A stretch of DNA of 64,000 bases from contig JAOUMJ010000004.1 in assembly GCA_029881495.1 (NCBI GenBank), positions 28,476 to 92,475 on the forward strand. Reading direction: 5' to 3'. The notes below the pieces were generated by a model. That model had not been told where the DNA came from. It was given only the letters and a program-made list of their open reading frames with translations, and did not search any database. The stretch's first letter is position 1. The number at the start of each line of letters is the position of its first letter. Positions 49,014 through 58,195 of the stretch are shown here, in pieces. This DNA is from Nitrospinota bacterium (lineage in GTDB: Bacteria; Nitrospinota_A; UBA7883; JACRGQ01). The position numbers and the translations under genes are program-made.

Positions 49014-49430
49014 TTGGTTCAAATTCATCCTGAATATTTCGAGGAGTTAATGGGAAAAAGGATTGGCGAAGGACAGAGCGGCCAGATAATAGACTGCCCG
49101 AAATGCGGCTGTCCAAACAGGTCCACCGACATACGTTGCACATACTGCCGCGTCGAGCTTTCATCAGCAAAACCGGGGCTGGGGGACAGGCTAGAACATT
49201 ACTTCAATTACCTGAAGTTCAAATATAAGCTCCCCAGATACGCCACCTCCGCACGGGAAGCTGTCAAATACTCCCTCATTATCATGGCGGCTCTCCTCCT
49301 TTTCTTCGCCGGTAGCTACCTTATATATCTCGCCATGACAGGGGAAGGATTCCTCTACCTCTGTATTGGGATACTCCTCTGCCTCTACGGTGGGGGGGCT
49401 ATTTACAGCGTTTACAACAGGCCCGCCTGA
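49014..49430 (+). CDS. zinc-ribbon membrane protein, hypothetical
   Basis: CPKCGC ... CTYC zinc-ribbon-like motif followed by two TM helices. Confidence 0.4.
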   Translation: MVQIHPEYFEELMGKRIGEGQSGQIIDCPKCGCPNRSTDIRCTYCRVELSSAKPGLGDRLEHYFNYLKFKYKLPRYATSAREAVKYSLIIMAALLLFFAGSYLIYLAMTGEGFLYLCIGILLCLYGGGAIYSVYNRPA

Positions 49431-49486
49431 CCTCCTTGAGTTGAAAGGGTCAGGGCATTAGCCTCCCACTGAACGGTGTCCCTGTG

Positions 49487-50299
49487 CTAGCTGATTATAA
49501 AGCTTGCGTACCCCACGACCCGATCCAGGTCGCCGGTTATGTCGCCGGAGTTCGCGTATTCCACCAGCTCCGCTTTCGTTGCCCCCATCTCGCCAGCCGC
49601 CCATAGGAGCGTTGAAACAGAGGAGACTCCGCAGAGGGCGTTGTCGCTCTTTAATATATCTATAATCGATTCCTCCGTGAATTCCACAATCTGTTCAATA
49701 GTGCGCCGGTCGCGTTCCCGCGCCTCGCTGTCGGTCAAAAAATGGGAAAGATCGCTACTCGATATCACTAGCGAGCCCGATTCGGATGCGCGCTTCCCGA
49801 TAGCGCTCCCGAGCATCTTGAGCGTTTGCGCCCTCTGCGTACCTAGCGACACAGGCACTATCCTGATATTCTTGTTCCTGTAATAGAGGAACGGAACTAG
49901 CACTTCGAGGGAGTGCTCCATCATATGCGCGGCGGAATCAAACCTTACATGTTCGCAATCGGAGGCTATCTTTTTGGCGAGTTCCCGGTCGACAGGGACA
50001 TCGCCGAACGGGAATTCCCACGCATTGGCGCTGTCGATAGCGACCCTTTCTCCAAGGCCACGGTGGTTTGGTCCGATAAGGATTATGCTGTCAGGTATCT
50101 TTATCGAGCCGAACAGCGCTCCGGCAACCTCCCCGGAGTACATCCACCCGGCGTGGGGGGAGATGCAGCCCGCGACTTCCCGCTCAACGCGACTGTCGCC
50201 AAGGAGCCTGTTTACCTCTTTCGACATCTCTTTTTCGGTGCCCGGATAAAAACTTCCAGCCACCGCCGTTCTTCTCTTCGCAGTAATGGGCATATTCAA
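49487..50299 (-). CDS. MEMO1-family protein (AmmeMemoRadiSam system protein B-like)
   Basis: GSFYPG and ISPHAGWMYSG motifs typical of Memo family; 270 aa. Confidence 0.75.
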   Translation of the reverse strand: MNMPITAKRRTAVAGSFYPGTEKEMSKEVNRLLGDSRVEREVAGCISPHAGWMYSGEVAGALFGSIKIPDSIILIGPNHRGLGERVAIDSANAWEFPFGDVPVDRELAKKIASDCEHVRFDSAAHMMEHSLEVLVPFLYYRNKNIRIVPVSLGTQRAQTLKMLGSAIGKRASESGSLVISSSDLSHFLTDSEARERDRRTIEQIVEFTEESIIDILKSDNALCGVSSVSTLLWAAGEMGATKAELVEYANSGDITGDLDRVVGYASFIIS

Positions 50300-50310
50300 A
50301 TCACCTTGAT

Positions 50311-51819
50311 TTATTCTAAACCTCTTTGTGGTTTTTTAGCTCCTTTTTCCAGAAGTGAGAGGTAGAGCTCTTCGTACTTCTTCGCCGACCCCTTCCATGA
50401 GTGATCTTGCGACATTCCGTTCCTCATGATCCTCGTCCATTCGGCACGGTCGCCAAACGCCTTTATCCCCCGCTTTGCGGCGTCGAGGAATTCCCCCGCT
50501 TCCGGTTTGCTGAAAACAAAACCATTCCCTCTTTCAGGGTTGGAGGTCCAGTCGGTGACGGTATCGGCAAGCCCCCCCGTAGAGCGGACAAGCGGGACCG
50601 TGCCGTACCGAAGGGAGAACATCTGGTTTAAACCGCACGGCTCAAATCGGGACGGCATTAGAAAAATGTCGGATCCCGCCTCGATAAGGTGGGCGATGGT
50701 GTTGTCGAATCCGATTTTGAGCGCCACCCTTCCCGGATGCTTTTTGGCGAGTGATGTAAAGAAAGATTCGTACTCCTTCTGTCCGGTTCCAAGGATGACG
50801 AGGTTCATCCTCTCCTCCATCAGTTTTTCCGCTGAGTCGGCGATTATGTCGCAACCCTTCTGCTCGATAAGTCGTGAGACCATGCCGAAGATCGGGGTAT
50901 CCTCCCCACCGGTCAAACCAAACCGGTCGATCAGCGCTTTTCTGCAGTGACTCTTCCCTTCAAGGCTGTTAATCGAAAAATTGGCTGGTATAAGCCGGTC
51001 GGTCTCCGGGTTCCATTCGTCGGTGTCGATCCCGTTCAATATTCCGGCGAGATCCTCCTTCCGTTTTTCGAGGAACGGTTCAAGTCCGAAGCCTAGCTCC
51101 GGGGTGAGTATTTCGCGGGCGTATGTGGGGCTGACGGTTGTCAGCGCGTCGGCAAAAAGTATCGCGCTTTTGAGGAGCGCGAGCTTTCCGTACTGCTCCA
51201 CTCCATCAATGGAGAATAGCTCTTCGGGTAGGGTGGTCAGTTTGAACGACTCTTTCGGAAAAAGTCCCTGGTATGCGAGATTGTGTATCGAAAAAACCGA
51301 AACAGTCCCCTTGAGCGGGGAGCGGTCAATCCCCCTCTCCAGTCGGAGTAACAGCGGAATGAGCCCCCCCTGCCAGTCGTTTGAATGGATTACATCAGGG
51401 AGAGGCTGTGACGATCTTGCCAATTCGACAACCGCGAGGTCGAAAAAGATGAAGCGTTCATCGTTGTTTTCATAGTCCCCGTTCTCATCGCCATACGGGT
51501 TTGGAAGTCCCCCGAAAAGCTCCGGCTGGTCGATAAACAGGGCTTCGGTATTTTCAGCTATTTTTTTTGAAAAAACTGCGGCATGAAAAATTTTTTTTCC
51601 AACTTTTTTTTCAATTGTGAACGGGAGCCTGGTGAAACCGCTTCTGTCGATCGAACCGTAAAGCGGGAGGATCACTTTGACATTGTGGCCAAGTCTTCCA
51701 AGCTCTACCGGGAGTGAATAGGAGACATCGGCCAAACCCCCTGTTTTTACAAAGGGTTTGACCTCTGATGAGGCAAAAAAGATGCAAAGACTCTTCTCTT
51801 GGCTAATTGCGGCCCCCAA
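50311..51819 (-). CDS. glgA: glycogen synthase
   Basis: N-terminal KTGGLADV motif; GT-B fold size (~500 aa). Confidence 0.88.
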   Translation of the reverse strand: MGAAISQEKSLCIFFASSEVKPFVKTGGLADVSYSLPVELGRLGHNVKVILPLYGSIDRSGFTRLPFTIEKKVGKKIFHAAVFSKKIAENTEALFIDQPELFGGLPNPYGDENGDYENNDERFIFFDLAVVELARSSQPLPDVIHSNDWQGGLIPLLLRLERGIDRSPLKGTVSVFSIHNLAYQGLFPKESFKLTTLPEELFSIDGVEQYGKLALLKSAILFADALTTVSPTYAREILTPELGFGLEPFLEKRKEDLAGILNGIDTDEWNPETDRLIPANFSINSLEGKSHCRKALIDRFGLTGGEDTPIFGMVSRLIEQKGCDIIADSAEKLMEERMNLVILGTGQKEYESFFTSLAKKHPGRVALKIGFDNTIAHLIEAGSDIFLMPSRFEPCGLNQMFSLRYGTVPLVRSTGGLADTVTDWTSNPERGNGFVFSKPEAGEFLDAAKRGIKAFGDRAEWTRIMRNGMSQDHSWKGSAKKYEELYLSLLEKGAKKPQRGLE

Positions 51820-51975
51820 AATGTGAAAGATTACCGAGCCAGAATATCATGAAAAAAGGGGTAAATCGGCAAGGAAAAAGTGGCGATATTTTTTTATTTT
51901 TTTCTTTGCAGGGGGTTGACAACCTGGTAAATATGTGCAAATATTAGTCATAGAATTAATTGGAATAGTAGCTAT

Positions 51976-52006
51976 TTGACAATGAACTATTTTAAATTAA
52001 TAAATA
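51976..52006 (+). promoter_or_regulatory. candidate sigma-70-type promoter for the RHH gene
   Basis: TTGACA at 51976-51981, 16-17 nt spacer, A/T-rich -10-like TAATAA; second TTGACA at 51916-51921; followed by GGGGG RBS and ATG 52022. Confidence 0.4.
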
Positions 52007-52021
52007 AATGGGGGTAAGTTG

Positions 52022-52198
52022 ATGGCTGGCTCGAAGAAAAAGGTTCCGGTTACTACCCATTTATACGAGGACCAGGTTGAAATGCTCAACAAGATCGCCA
52101 AGGAGTTGCAGGTGACCAAGGCTGTGCTCTTTCGAACGGCTATTGAGGAGCTGTTGAAGAAATACGAGAACAAGCAACTCGACATTGGGATTAAATAG
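52022..52198 (+). CDS. ribbon-helix-helix (CopG/Arc-like) small DNA-binding protein, 58 aa
   Basis: Not in ORF track (<60 aa). ATG with GGGGG RBS; N-terminal basic strand (KKKVPVTTHLYEDQ) followed by two helices. Fold assignment by pattern only. Confidence 0.5.
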   Translation: MAGSKKKVPVTTHLYEDQVEMLNKIAKELQVTKAVLFRTAIEELLKKYENKQLDIGIK

Positions 52199-52248
52199 GG
52201 ATTCTGTTTCAGGAACAGAAAACTAAATTAAGAAAGGAGGGTAGCAAA

Positions 52249-52341
52249 ATGGCAACTAAGAAAAAAGCTAAGAAAAAGGCCACAAAGAAAAAAGCAGCTA
52301 AGAAAAAAGTAGCGAAGAAGAAATCAAAAAAGAAGAAATAA
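52249..52341 (+). CDS. 30-aa poly-lysine micro-protein (MATKKKAKKKATKKKAAKKKVAKKKSKKKK)
   Basis: Not in ORF track. Strong RBS aaggaggg 7 nt upstream of ATG; 20 of 30 codons are Lys in repeating KKK-A-x units; followed by intrinsic terminator. Confidence 0.45.
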   Translation: MATKKKAKKKATKKKAAKKKVAKKKSKKKK

Positions 52342-52424
52342 AAAAATAGGAAAATCATGAAGTCGGCCTTTGTTGCGGCACGCAACATATGGCGGACCTT
52401 AAGAGAGCATAGCTGTTCTTTTGA

Positions 52425-52465
52425 GCCGGGAGGCGAGCCAAGGAAAGCCTCCCGGCTTTTTTTTT
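52425..52465 (+). terminator. Rho-independent terminator
   Basis: Perfect 11-bp stem AGCCGGGAGGC / GCCTCCCGGCT with 11-nt loop, followed by T9 run. Confidence 0.8.
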
Positions 52466-52567
52466 ACCAAATTCACCAGTTCAATCCAGCAATATATAGG
52501 AAATTGTCATCTCCACGTCTGTTAGACGTTCCCTATTCGATCAAAAAGGGGTAATATCTACCCCGAT

Positions 52568-53686
52568 ATGGAAGGTATGCGCAAGACGGGGAAGGGTGTT
52601 TTTCCAATACAGCTTATAAAACACGCGGTCCAGAAAGGTTTTATTCAGGCGCGCGAACCGATAAGGAGCGACCAGTACCAGCCGTCGAGCATTGATCTCC
52701 GCCTTGGGGAGAAGGCTTACCGTATCAGGAGTTCCTTCCTCCCTCAGAAACGGAAGGTCGAAGAGATACTGGGGGAGCTTGAGATGTACGAGATAGATCT
52801 CAAAAAGGGGGCGATACTCGAAAAGGGCAATGTCTATCTAATCCCGCTTCTTGAGGAGCTGAACCTCCCGGAAGATGTTTACGCGAGGGCGAATCCGAAA
52901 TCGTCGACCGGCAGGCTCGACATATTCACAAGGGTAATTACCGACAATTCCCACAGGTTCGAGGATGTCGCGGCGGGATACCGGGGCAAACTTTACCTGG
53001 AGGTGGTCCCCCGCTCATTCACTATCAAGCTCAAGACAGGATTATGCCTGAACCAGTTGCGGTTATTCAGGGGTGATTCATCCCTTTCCGATATTGAAAT
53101 CGCCAAGATACATGAGGAGAGTCCTCTTCTCTACTGCTATTCGAGGGAGAGCATAGTGCCGGTGCTCAACGACGGCCTCTTTGTGAGCATTGAGGTCGTA
53201 AAGGAGGGGAACGGCGGCGTGATCGGCTATATGGCGAAGAAGAACAGCACGGTAATAGATCTTTCCAACGTGGGGGGGTACAGGGTCCGTGATTTCTGGG
53301 ATCCTATAACTTCGCCGGAGGAGAATTTTCTGATACTTGAACCGGAGGAGTTTTACATATTCGCGTCGAAGGAGCGGGTGAGGGTACCGGTTGACTGCGC
53401 CGCGGAGATGGCGGAGTACGACGCCGGATCGGGGGAGTTAAGGACACATTACGCCGGATTTTTCGATTCGGGATTCGGCGGGGGGAGCGTTGAGGGGACG
53501 AAGGCGGTTCTCGAAGTGAGGCCTCACGATGTGCCGTTCCGCATTGAGGACGGGCAGATATTTTTCAAGCTCCGTTACGAGAGGATGCTGGAAACGCCTA
53601 ACGTCGCCTATGGCGAGAAACTTGGTTCGAACTATTTCAATCAGGGATTACGGCTCAGCAAACATTTTGTAATGGAAAGCGAATAG
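52568..53686 (+). CDS. long-form 2'-deoxycytidine 5'-triphosphate deaminase (DCD family, putative)
   Basis: 372 aa; dUTPase-fold motif NPKSSTGRLDIF in first half and a second related half. Family assignment from motif and length. Confidence 0.65.
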   Translation: MEGMRKTGKGVFPIQLIKHAVQKGFIQAREPIRSDQYQPSSIDLRLGEKAYRIRSSFLPQKRKVEEILGELEMYEIDLKKGAILEKGNVYLIPLLEELNLPEDVYARANPKSSTGRLDIFTRVITDNSHRFEDVAAGYRGKLYLEVVPRSFTIKLKTGLCLNQLRLFRGDSSLSDIEIAKIHEESPLLYCYSRESIVPVLNDGLFVSIEVVKEGNGGVIGYMAKKNSTVIDLSNVGGYRVRDFWDPITSPEENFLILEPEEFYIFASKERVRVPVDCAAEMAEYDAGSGELRTHYAGFFDSGFGGGSVEGTKAVLEVRPHDVPFRIEDGQIFFKLRYERMLETPNVAYGEKLGSNYFNQGLRLSKHFVMESE

Positions 53687-53723
53687 GGCGGAATCTTCTG
53701 CCGATTCGGGAGGGTTTTTAGTC

Positions 53724-56168
53724 TTAGTTCGCGAAGAGCTCCTTGTGTTTCAGTTTCCATTCGATATTCTCCAGCGTTGCGCTTGCCACTCTGCCGTATA
53801 CGGAGAGCGGCTCCCCTTTTACCAGATCCTGTAGTTCCGCGGTTGCGTTTTCATCCTGGCTCAGCTTCAGCTGGCTGTCGCTCCTCACATACCGTACCCA
53901 GCTGTTCTGCTTGTCGTCCGGGTAGAGGTTTAGGACAGCTGTGGAATATTTCTGCACGGCGTCGAAATCGCGCGAGAGATAGGCTGATTCTATGAGCTGG
54001 TAGCGGCTCTCGACCACGAACCATTGGTCAGCCTGGCCAGGCATCTTTTCCTGTTTGTCGACCGCCATTTCGAAGTAGGTGATCGCGTTCTTGTATTCAT
54101 GCCGCGCCTTGTGCATCAGACCGAGATAGTAGGCGGTCTTTGAAACCCTTTCGAAATCCTGGTCAAGGGAGATCGCCCGCACATATGTCGTCATCGCCTC
54201 GCTGTTCTTCTTCTGAATCAGGTAGATATCCCCGAGTGTATGGACAGCCTCCGGGGCGTGGATTGAGCTGTCAAGCAGGTCCGCAAATGGGAGGAGCGTC
54301 TCTTCCGCTTCGTCGTATCTCTTAAGGAGGGCAAGTGTCGTTCCCTTTCCAAGCCGTATCCTCTCCTTGAGGAATCCCTGCCTGTCGAGCCTTTCGGCCT
54401 CTTCAAAACGCGCGAGCGCCTTGTCGTTCAATCCCATTTCGGAGTAGGCATCGGCAACCTTCACCATTACATTGGCGTCCTTGATATCCGTGAGGAACGG
54501 ATCAAAGTTGTCGTAATATGTCGCGAGTATGGTGTAGAACCCTTCCTGCTCATGCAGTCCGTGAATAAGCTCGTAGAGGTCGTTCTTGACGAGTTTCACA
54601 ACAGGTTCCTCCATCTGCGAGTCGGGGAAGTCCACCATCATCTTTTTCAATGCAAGTATCGATTCAATGTATCTCTTCTCCTGGTTGAGGAGTTTAGCTT
54701 TCTGGAACAGCGCGTTTCTTGACTGCGGCGTGTTCGGATGTTTTTTGATTATGTGGTTGTATGTATTGTAGGGTTCGAAGTAATCGGGATAGTCGTATAT
54801 GAGCGCGTCCTTTGGTTCGATAAGTTTTTTCGGCGCGTGACCGAGGGCGGCAAGCCTCAGCCTGGAGTCGAGGCCGTGCGGGAGTTCCGGTATTTTCCTT
54901 GCCTGAATCCCTAGAATTCTCATCGCTTCCATCGGCTGGTTTTTCGAAACATAAATGTCGGCGAGCCTGTTCACGGAGGCTCTCCCCTCGTCGCCGTTGG
55001 GGAAAAGGTTTATCAGCTTTACGTATAGATCCATAGCCTCGTCGAACTTGTTTAGCTGGTAATAGGTGTCGGCAAATCTGAAAAGTGTGTCGGGGTTCGA
55101 CATAACGAATGAGGGCCACTTAAGGTTCGAATCTTCGAACATTTTAAGGGCGGTCTTGTACCGTTTTTTGAAATAGAACGCCTCTGCGATCTTGAACCTT
55201 GCCTCACGCACTTCCTTTGCTTCGGGGTAGAGGAGAAGTATCTTTTCAAGCTCGTTGTATGCGAGAGCGTAATCTCCATTCTTCAGGTATATGTTTGCCC
55301 TGCCGGTGAGCGCACTGACGGTGAATTTCCCTTCAGGCTCCGATTCGATAATGCTTTTATATATGGCGAGAGCTTCAACGTCGAGCCCCTGATCTATATA
55401 GAGGTTCGCGATCCTCATTTTCGCCCTGTTCGCCGCCATAGAGCTGGGGAATGAGGCGGCGACAAGCCTGAACGCATTTATCGCTTCAGGGATCCTTTCA
55501 TTCTTTTTCTTTGCTATGCGGTAGACCGTTTCGGCAAGCATGAACATCGCTTTTTCCTGGTATTTGCTGTCGGGATACTGCCGAATGAATTCGGTAAGTT
55601 TGATTTCGGCGTCATCGAATTTGTTTTTCTGGAACGCCATCATACCCTCGGTATAGAGGTCCTTTCCGCCGAATTTCTGGATATCCTCAACCTTTGCGAG
55701 AAGCTCCTTTTCCTTTTTTTTCAATTCAGCTCTCTTCTCTTTCCCTTTGCTGTTTTTATCCACAGCAAGGAGTCCTGCCCTGTTTTTCAGTCTAATGGTC
55801 AGATCTTTTTTATCCGTTGAAAGGGAGTGGTATACGGATGTTTTAAAATCCTTCAGGTATATATTGGTGATCGTTTCGGCGTTGTCGGTAAGCATCACCG
55901 TTATCTTCTCAACCCTTTTATCGGCAAGCTTATCAGCGTCAAGCTGGGCTCCTATCCCGCTTTGTGGAGTGACTATGGTGATAACCTTGTCTTCCAGGTT
56001 AGGGTCAATGGAATACTCCATTGCCGGTTCGTCAAATGAAATTACCACGGAGGAGAACTGCTCCCCCTCGACCAGCGCGATCTTATTTATCTTGGTAAAG
56101 GAGGCCTCGGATATTCCCGCAAAGACAAGCATCAGAACCGATACTTTTACTGCAATAAATTTTCTCAT
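53724..56168 (-). CDS. secreted TPR-repeat protein (~815 aa)
   Basis: Signal peptide (MRKFIAVKVSVLMLVFAGISEA); many TPR-like repeats; AAAGGA RBS before ATG. ORF track start is 56225. Confidence 0.75.
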   Translation of the reverse strand: MRKFIAVKVSVLMLVFAGISEASFTKINKIALVEGEQFSSVVISFDEPAMEYSIDPNLEDKVITIVTPQSGIGAQLDADKLADKRVEKITVMLTDNAETITNIYLKDFKTSVYHSLSTDKKDLTIRLKNRAGLLAVDKNSKGKEKRAELKKKEKELLAKVEDIQKFGGKDLYTEGMMAFQKNKFDDAEIKLTEFIRQYPDSKYQEKAMFMLAETVYRIAKKKNERIPEAINAFRLVAASFPSSMAANRAKMRIANLYIDQGLDVEALAIYKSIIESEPEGKFTVSALTGRANIYLKNGDYALAYNELEKILLLYPEAKEVREARFKIAEAFYFKKRYKTALKMFEDSNLKWPSFVMSNPDTLFRFADTYYQLNKFDEAMDLYVKLINLFPNGDEGRASVNRLADIYVSKNQPMEAMRILGIQARKIPELPHGLDSRLRLAALGHAPKKLIEPKDALIYDYPDYFEPYNTYNHIIKKHPNTPQSRNALFQKAKLLNQEKRYIESILALKKMMVDFPDSQMEEPVVKLVKNDLYELIHGLHEQEGFYTILATYYDNFDPFLTDIKDANVMVKVADAYSEMGLNDKALARFEEAERLDRQGFLKERIRLGKGTTLALLKRYDEAEETLLPFADLLDSSIHAPEAVHTLGDIYLIQKKNSEAMTTYVRAISLDQDFERVSKTAYYLGLMHKARHEYKNAITYFEMAVDKQEKMPGQADQWFVVESRYQLIESAYLSRDFDAVQKYSTAVLNLYPDDKQNSWVRYVRSDSQLKLSQDENATAELQDLVKGEPLSVYGRVASATLENIEWKLKHKELFAN

Positions 56169-56486
56169 ATAAAATAATCCTTTCACTCTCACACCATAGG
56201 TAGCAAGATGCGGGCCAAAATGCAACCCGGATAGCCCGATACCTTTTATATTGCCACTTTCGTGTCTGACTAATATGTGAGCAATATAAGTGCCAACGAA
56301 TCAAAGGCTTTAAGTCCTGAATAATTGGCGGGTATTTGGGAAAAACCTGGTCTGGATATCTGTATTTTGTTTTGAAACCGGCAAAATTTGCCGGGTGTGG
56401 GGCGGAATTATCCTTTTATCATGATCTCTACGGAAAAAGGGACGGATTTCGTCTGATAAATACCTGTAACGGCAACCTGAGGCGGG

Positions 56487-57614
56487 TTACCGCCTCTTTG
56501 CTGCTGTTGGAAGAGGGATCGTTTCAAGGAATTCCCGGTTGCTGGCCGACTCTTTGAATTTATCAAGGAACATTTTGTATTTTTCTCCCCGCCTGTCGTC
56601 GAGCATTGCCCTGCGCAGAAGCGTCGCCTTTGCGAGGATTTCGGGGTCGAGGAGTTTTTCCTCTTTTCTTGTTCCCGATTTTTGAAAGTTCATCGCCGGA
56701 AAAATTCTGAGGTCGGCCAGGCTTCGCTCAAGGACGAGCTCGGAGTTTCCGGTCCCTTTGAATTCCTGGAAGATCAGTTCGTCCATTTTGCTACCGGTAT
56801 CGACCAGGATGGAGGCGATAATGGTCAGGCTCCCCCCGCCGTCGACATTCCGCGCGGAGCCGAAAATTTTTCTCGGGAAATCAAGCGCCCCGGTTGATAG
56901 ACCTCCGGTCATGGTCTTTCCGCGGTTATCCATATCTCTGTTGAACGCCCTACCGAGTCTCGTGAGGGAATCGATCATCAGCACTACGTCCCTTCCCGAC
57001 TCAACGAGGCTCTTAACCCTTTCGAATATGAGGTGTGCTACGCGGATATGCTCCTTGTTTGGTTTATCGAAATCGGTCGCGATCACCTCGCCGCCAATGA
57101 GACGCTTGAAGTGCGTAGACTCTTCCGGCCTTTCGTCGGCGAGATAGATTATCTGAGCCATATCCGGATAATTTTTCTTCATCCCCATGGCCATTTCTTC
57201 CATTATGGTGGTTTTACCGGCTTTCGGCGGAGAGACTATCAGGAAGCGTTGCCCCTTTCCGATAGGTATCAGCAGGTCGATAATCCTTGTGGAGACAGTA
57301 TTCTGATCGGTTTCAAGAATAAGCTGTTCATTCGGATCGATGGCTGTCAGTTTGGGAAACGGCACCCGTTTTTTTATTTCGTCCGGGCTTCTTCCGTTTA
57401 TCGATTCTATCGATTCAAGGGAGATGTTCGGCTGGTTTTTCAGCGCCTTCCCGGTTCCGGTGACTTCCATGCCTGTTTTAAGCCAGTTGGTCTGAATGAG
57501 TTTTGGCGACAGGTATGGATCGGTCGGCGCGATCCCTATGTCGTTGGTTACTGATCTTAAAAAACCGAATCCTTTCGGAACGATTTCAAGAATGCCTGTT
57601 ACGGATTCTCCCAT
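56487..57614 (-). CDS. rho: transcription termination factor Rho (short N-terminus)
   Basis: OB-fold RNA-binding motif GILEIVPKGFGFLRS; Walker A PPKAGKTT; Q/R loops; C-terminal ATPase domain. ATG 57614 with AAAGG RBS; ORF track start is 57677. Confidence 0.88.
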   Translation of the reverse strand: MGESVTGILEIVPKGFGFLRSVTNDIGIAPTDPYLSPKLIQTNWLKTGMEVTGTGKALKNQPNISLESIESINGRSPDEIKKRVPFPKLTAIDPNEQLILETDQNTVSTRIIDLLIPIGKGQRFLIVSPPKAGKTTIMEEMAMGMKKNYPDMAQIIYLADERPEESTHFKRLIGGEVIATDFDKPNKEHIRVAHLIFERVKSLVESGRDVVLMIDSLTRLGRAFNRDMDNRGKTMTGGLSTGALDFPRKIFGSARNVDGGGSLTIIASILVDTGSKMDELIFQEFKGTGNSELVLERSLADLRIFPAMNFQKSGTRKEEKLLDPEILAKATLLRRAMLDDRRGEKYKMFLDKFKESASNREFLETIPLPTAAKRR

Positions 57615-57768
57615 TTCTATACCTTTATAAGTTTTTTGGTTGCATTCCAAAACGTGGAATAAACAGCCGAGCCGCAAAGTTCAAATGCGGTAGGCGGATA
57701 TCAAAAAATTCGAACTAGAAAAGTCGTATGGTCCCCTAGTTGGAGTTCTAATAATGACTATACAGGAT

Positions 57769-58191
57769 TTATCCCAGGTTTTCTATTCTTTCCTGAGGGG
57801 TGATAACCTCTGTCAGGCGTACCCCAAATTTTTCATTAACAACTACAACCTCTCCCTTTGCGACAAGCTTGTCGTTAACGAGTACGTCAAGAGGTTCGCC
57901 GACAAGTTTGGTAAGTTCGATGACCGATCCCTGTCCCAGCTGAAGAAGGTCGTTGATCAGCATTTTCGCCTTCCCCATCTCAACCGAAAGGGTAAGCGGA
58001 ATATCAAGCACGCGTGCGTACTTGACATCGTCCCGGGAGGATGGCTGTCCCGTGGCAAGGGCCCCGCCGCCGCTGGTCAATCCTTCAGGATTGCTTTCGA
58101 CCTCTTCGCGGAGCATCTCGCGCTGTTTTTCAAGGTCGTCAGCCGCGGCTCCCCAAAGGTCGTCATCAGATTCCAAATTATCATCAACCAT
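57769..58191 (-). CDS. fliN: flagellar motor switch protein FliN
   Basis: 140 aa; C-terminal SpoA domain (LDIPLTLSVEMGKAKMLINDLLQLGQGSVIELTKLVGEPLDVLVN). Confidence 0.85.
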   Translation of the reverse strand: MVDDNLESDDDLWGAAADDLEKQREMLREEVESNPEGLTSGGGALATGQPSSRDDVKYARVLDIPLTLSVEMGKAKMLINDLLQLGQGSVIELTKLVGEPLDVLVNDKLVAKGEVVVVNEKFGVRLTEVITPQERIENLG

Positions 58192-58195
58192 ATTT

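Noticed and set aside
52500-52530. NrdR-box-like sequence (caatatatag) upstream of dcd
   Set aside because: Matches only the central AT core of the 16-bp NrdR palindrome; flanking ACAC/GTGT arms are absent.
52357-52554. 65-aa plus-strand ORF between the poly-lysine gene and dcd
   Set aside because: It spans the strong intrinsic terminator at 52425-52465 and has no RBS; reading through a terminator hairpin makes translation implausible.
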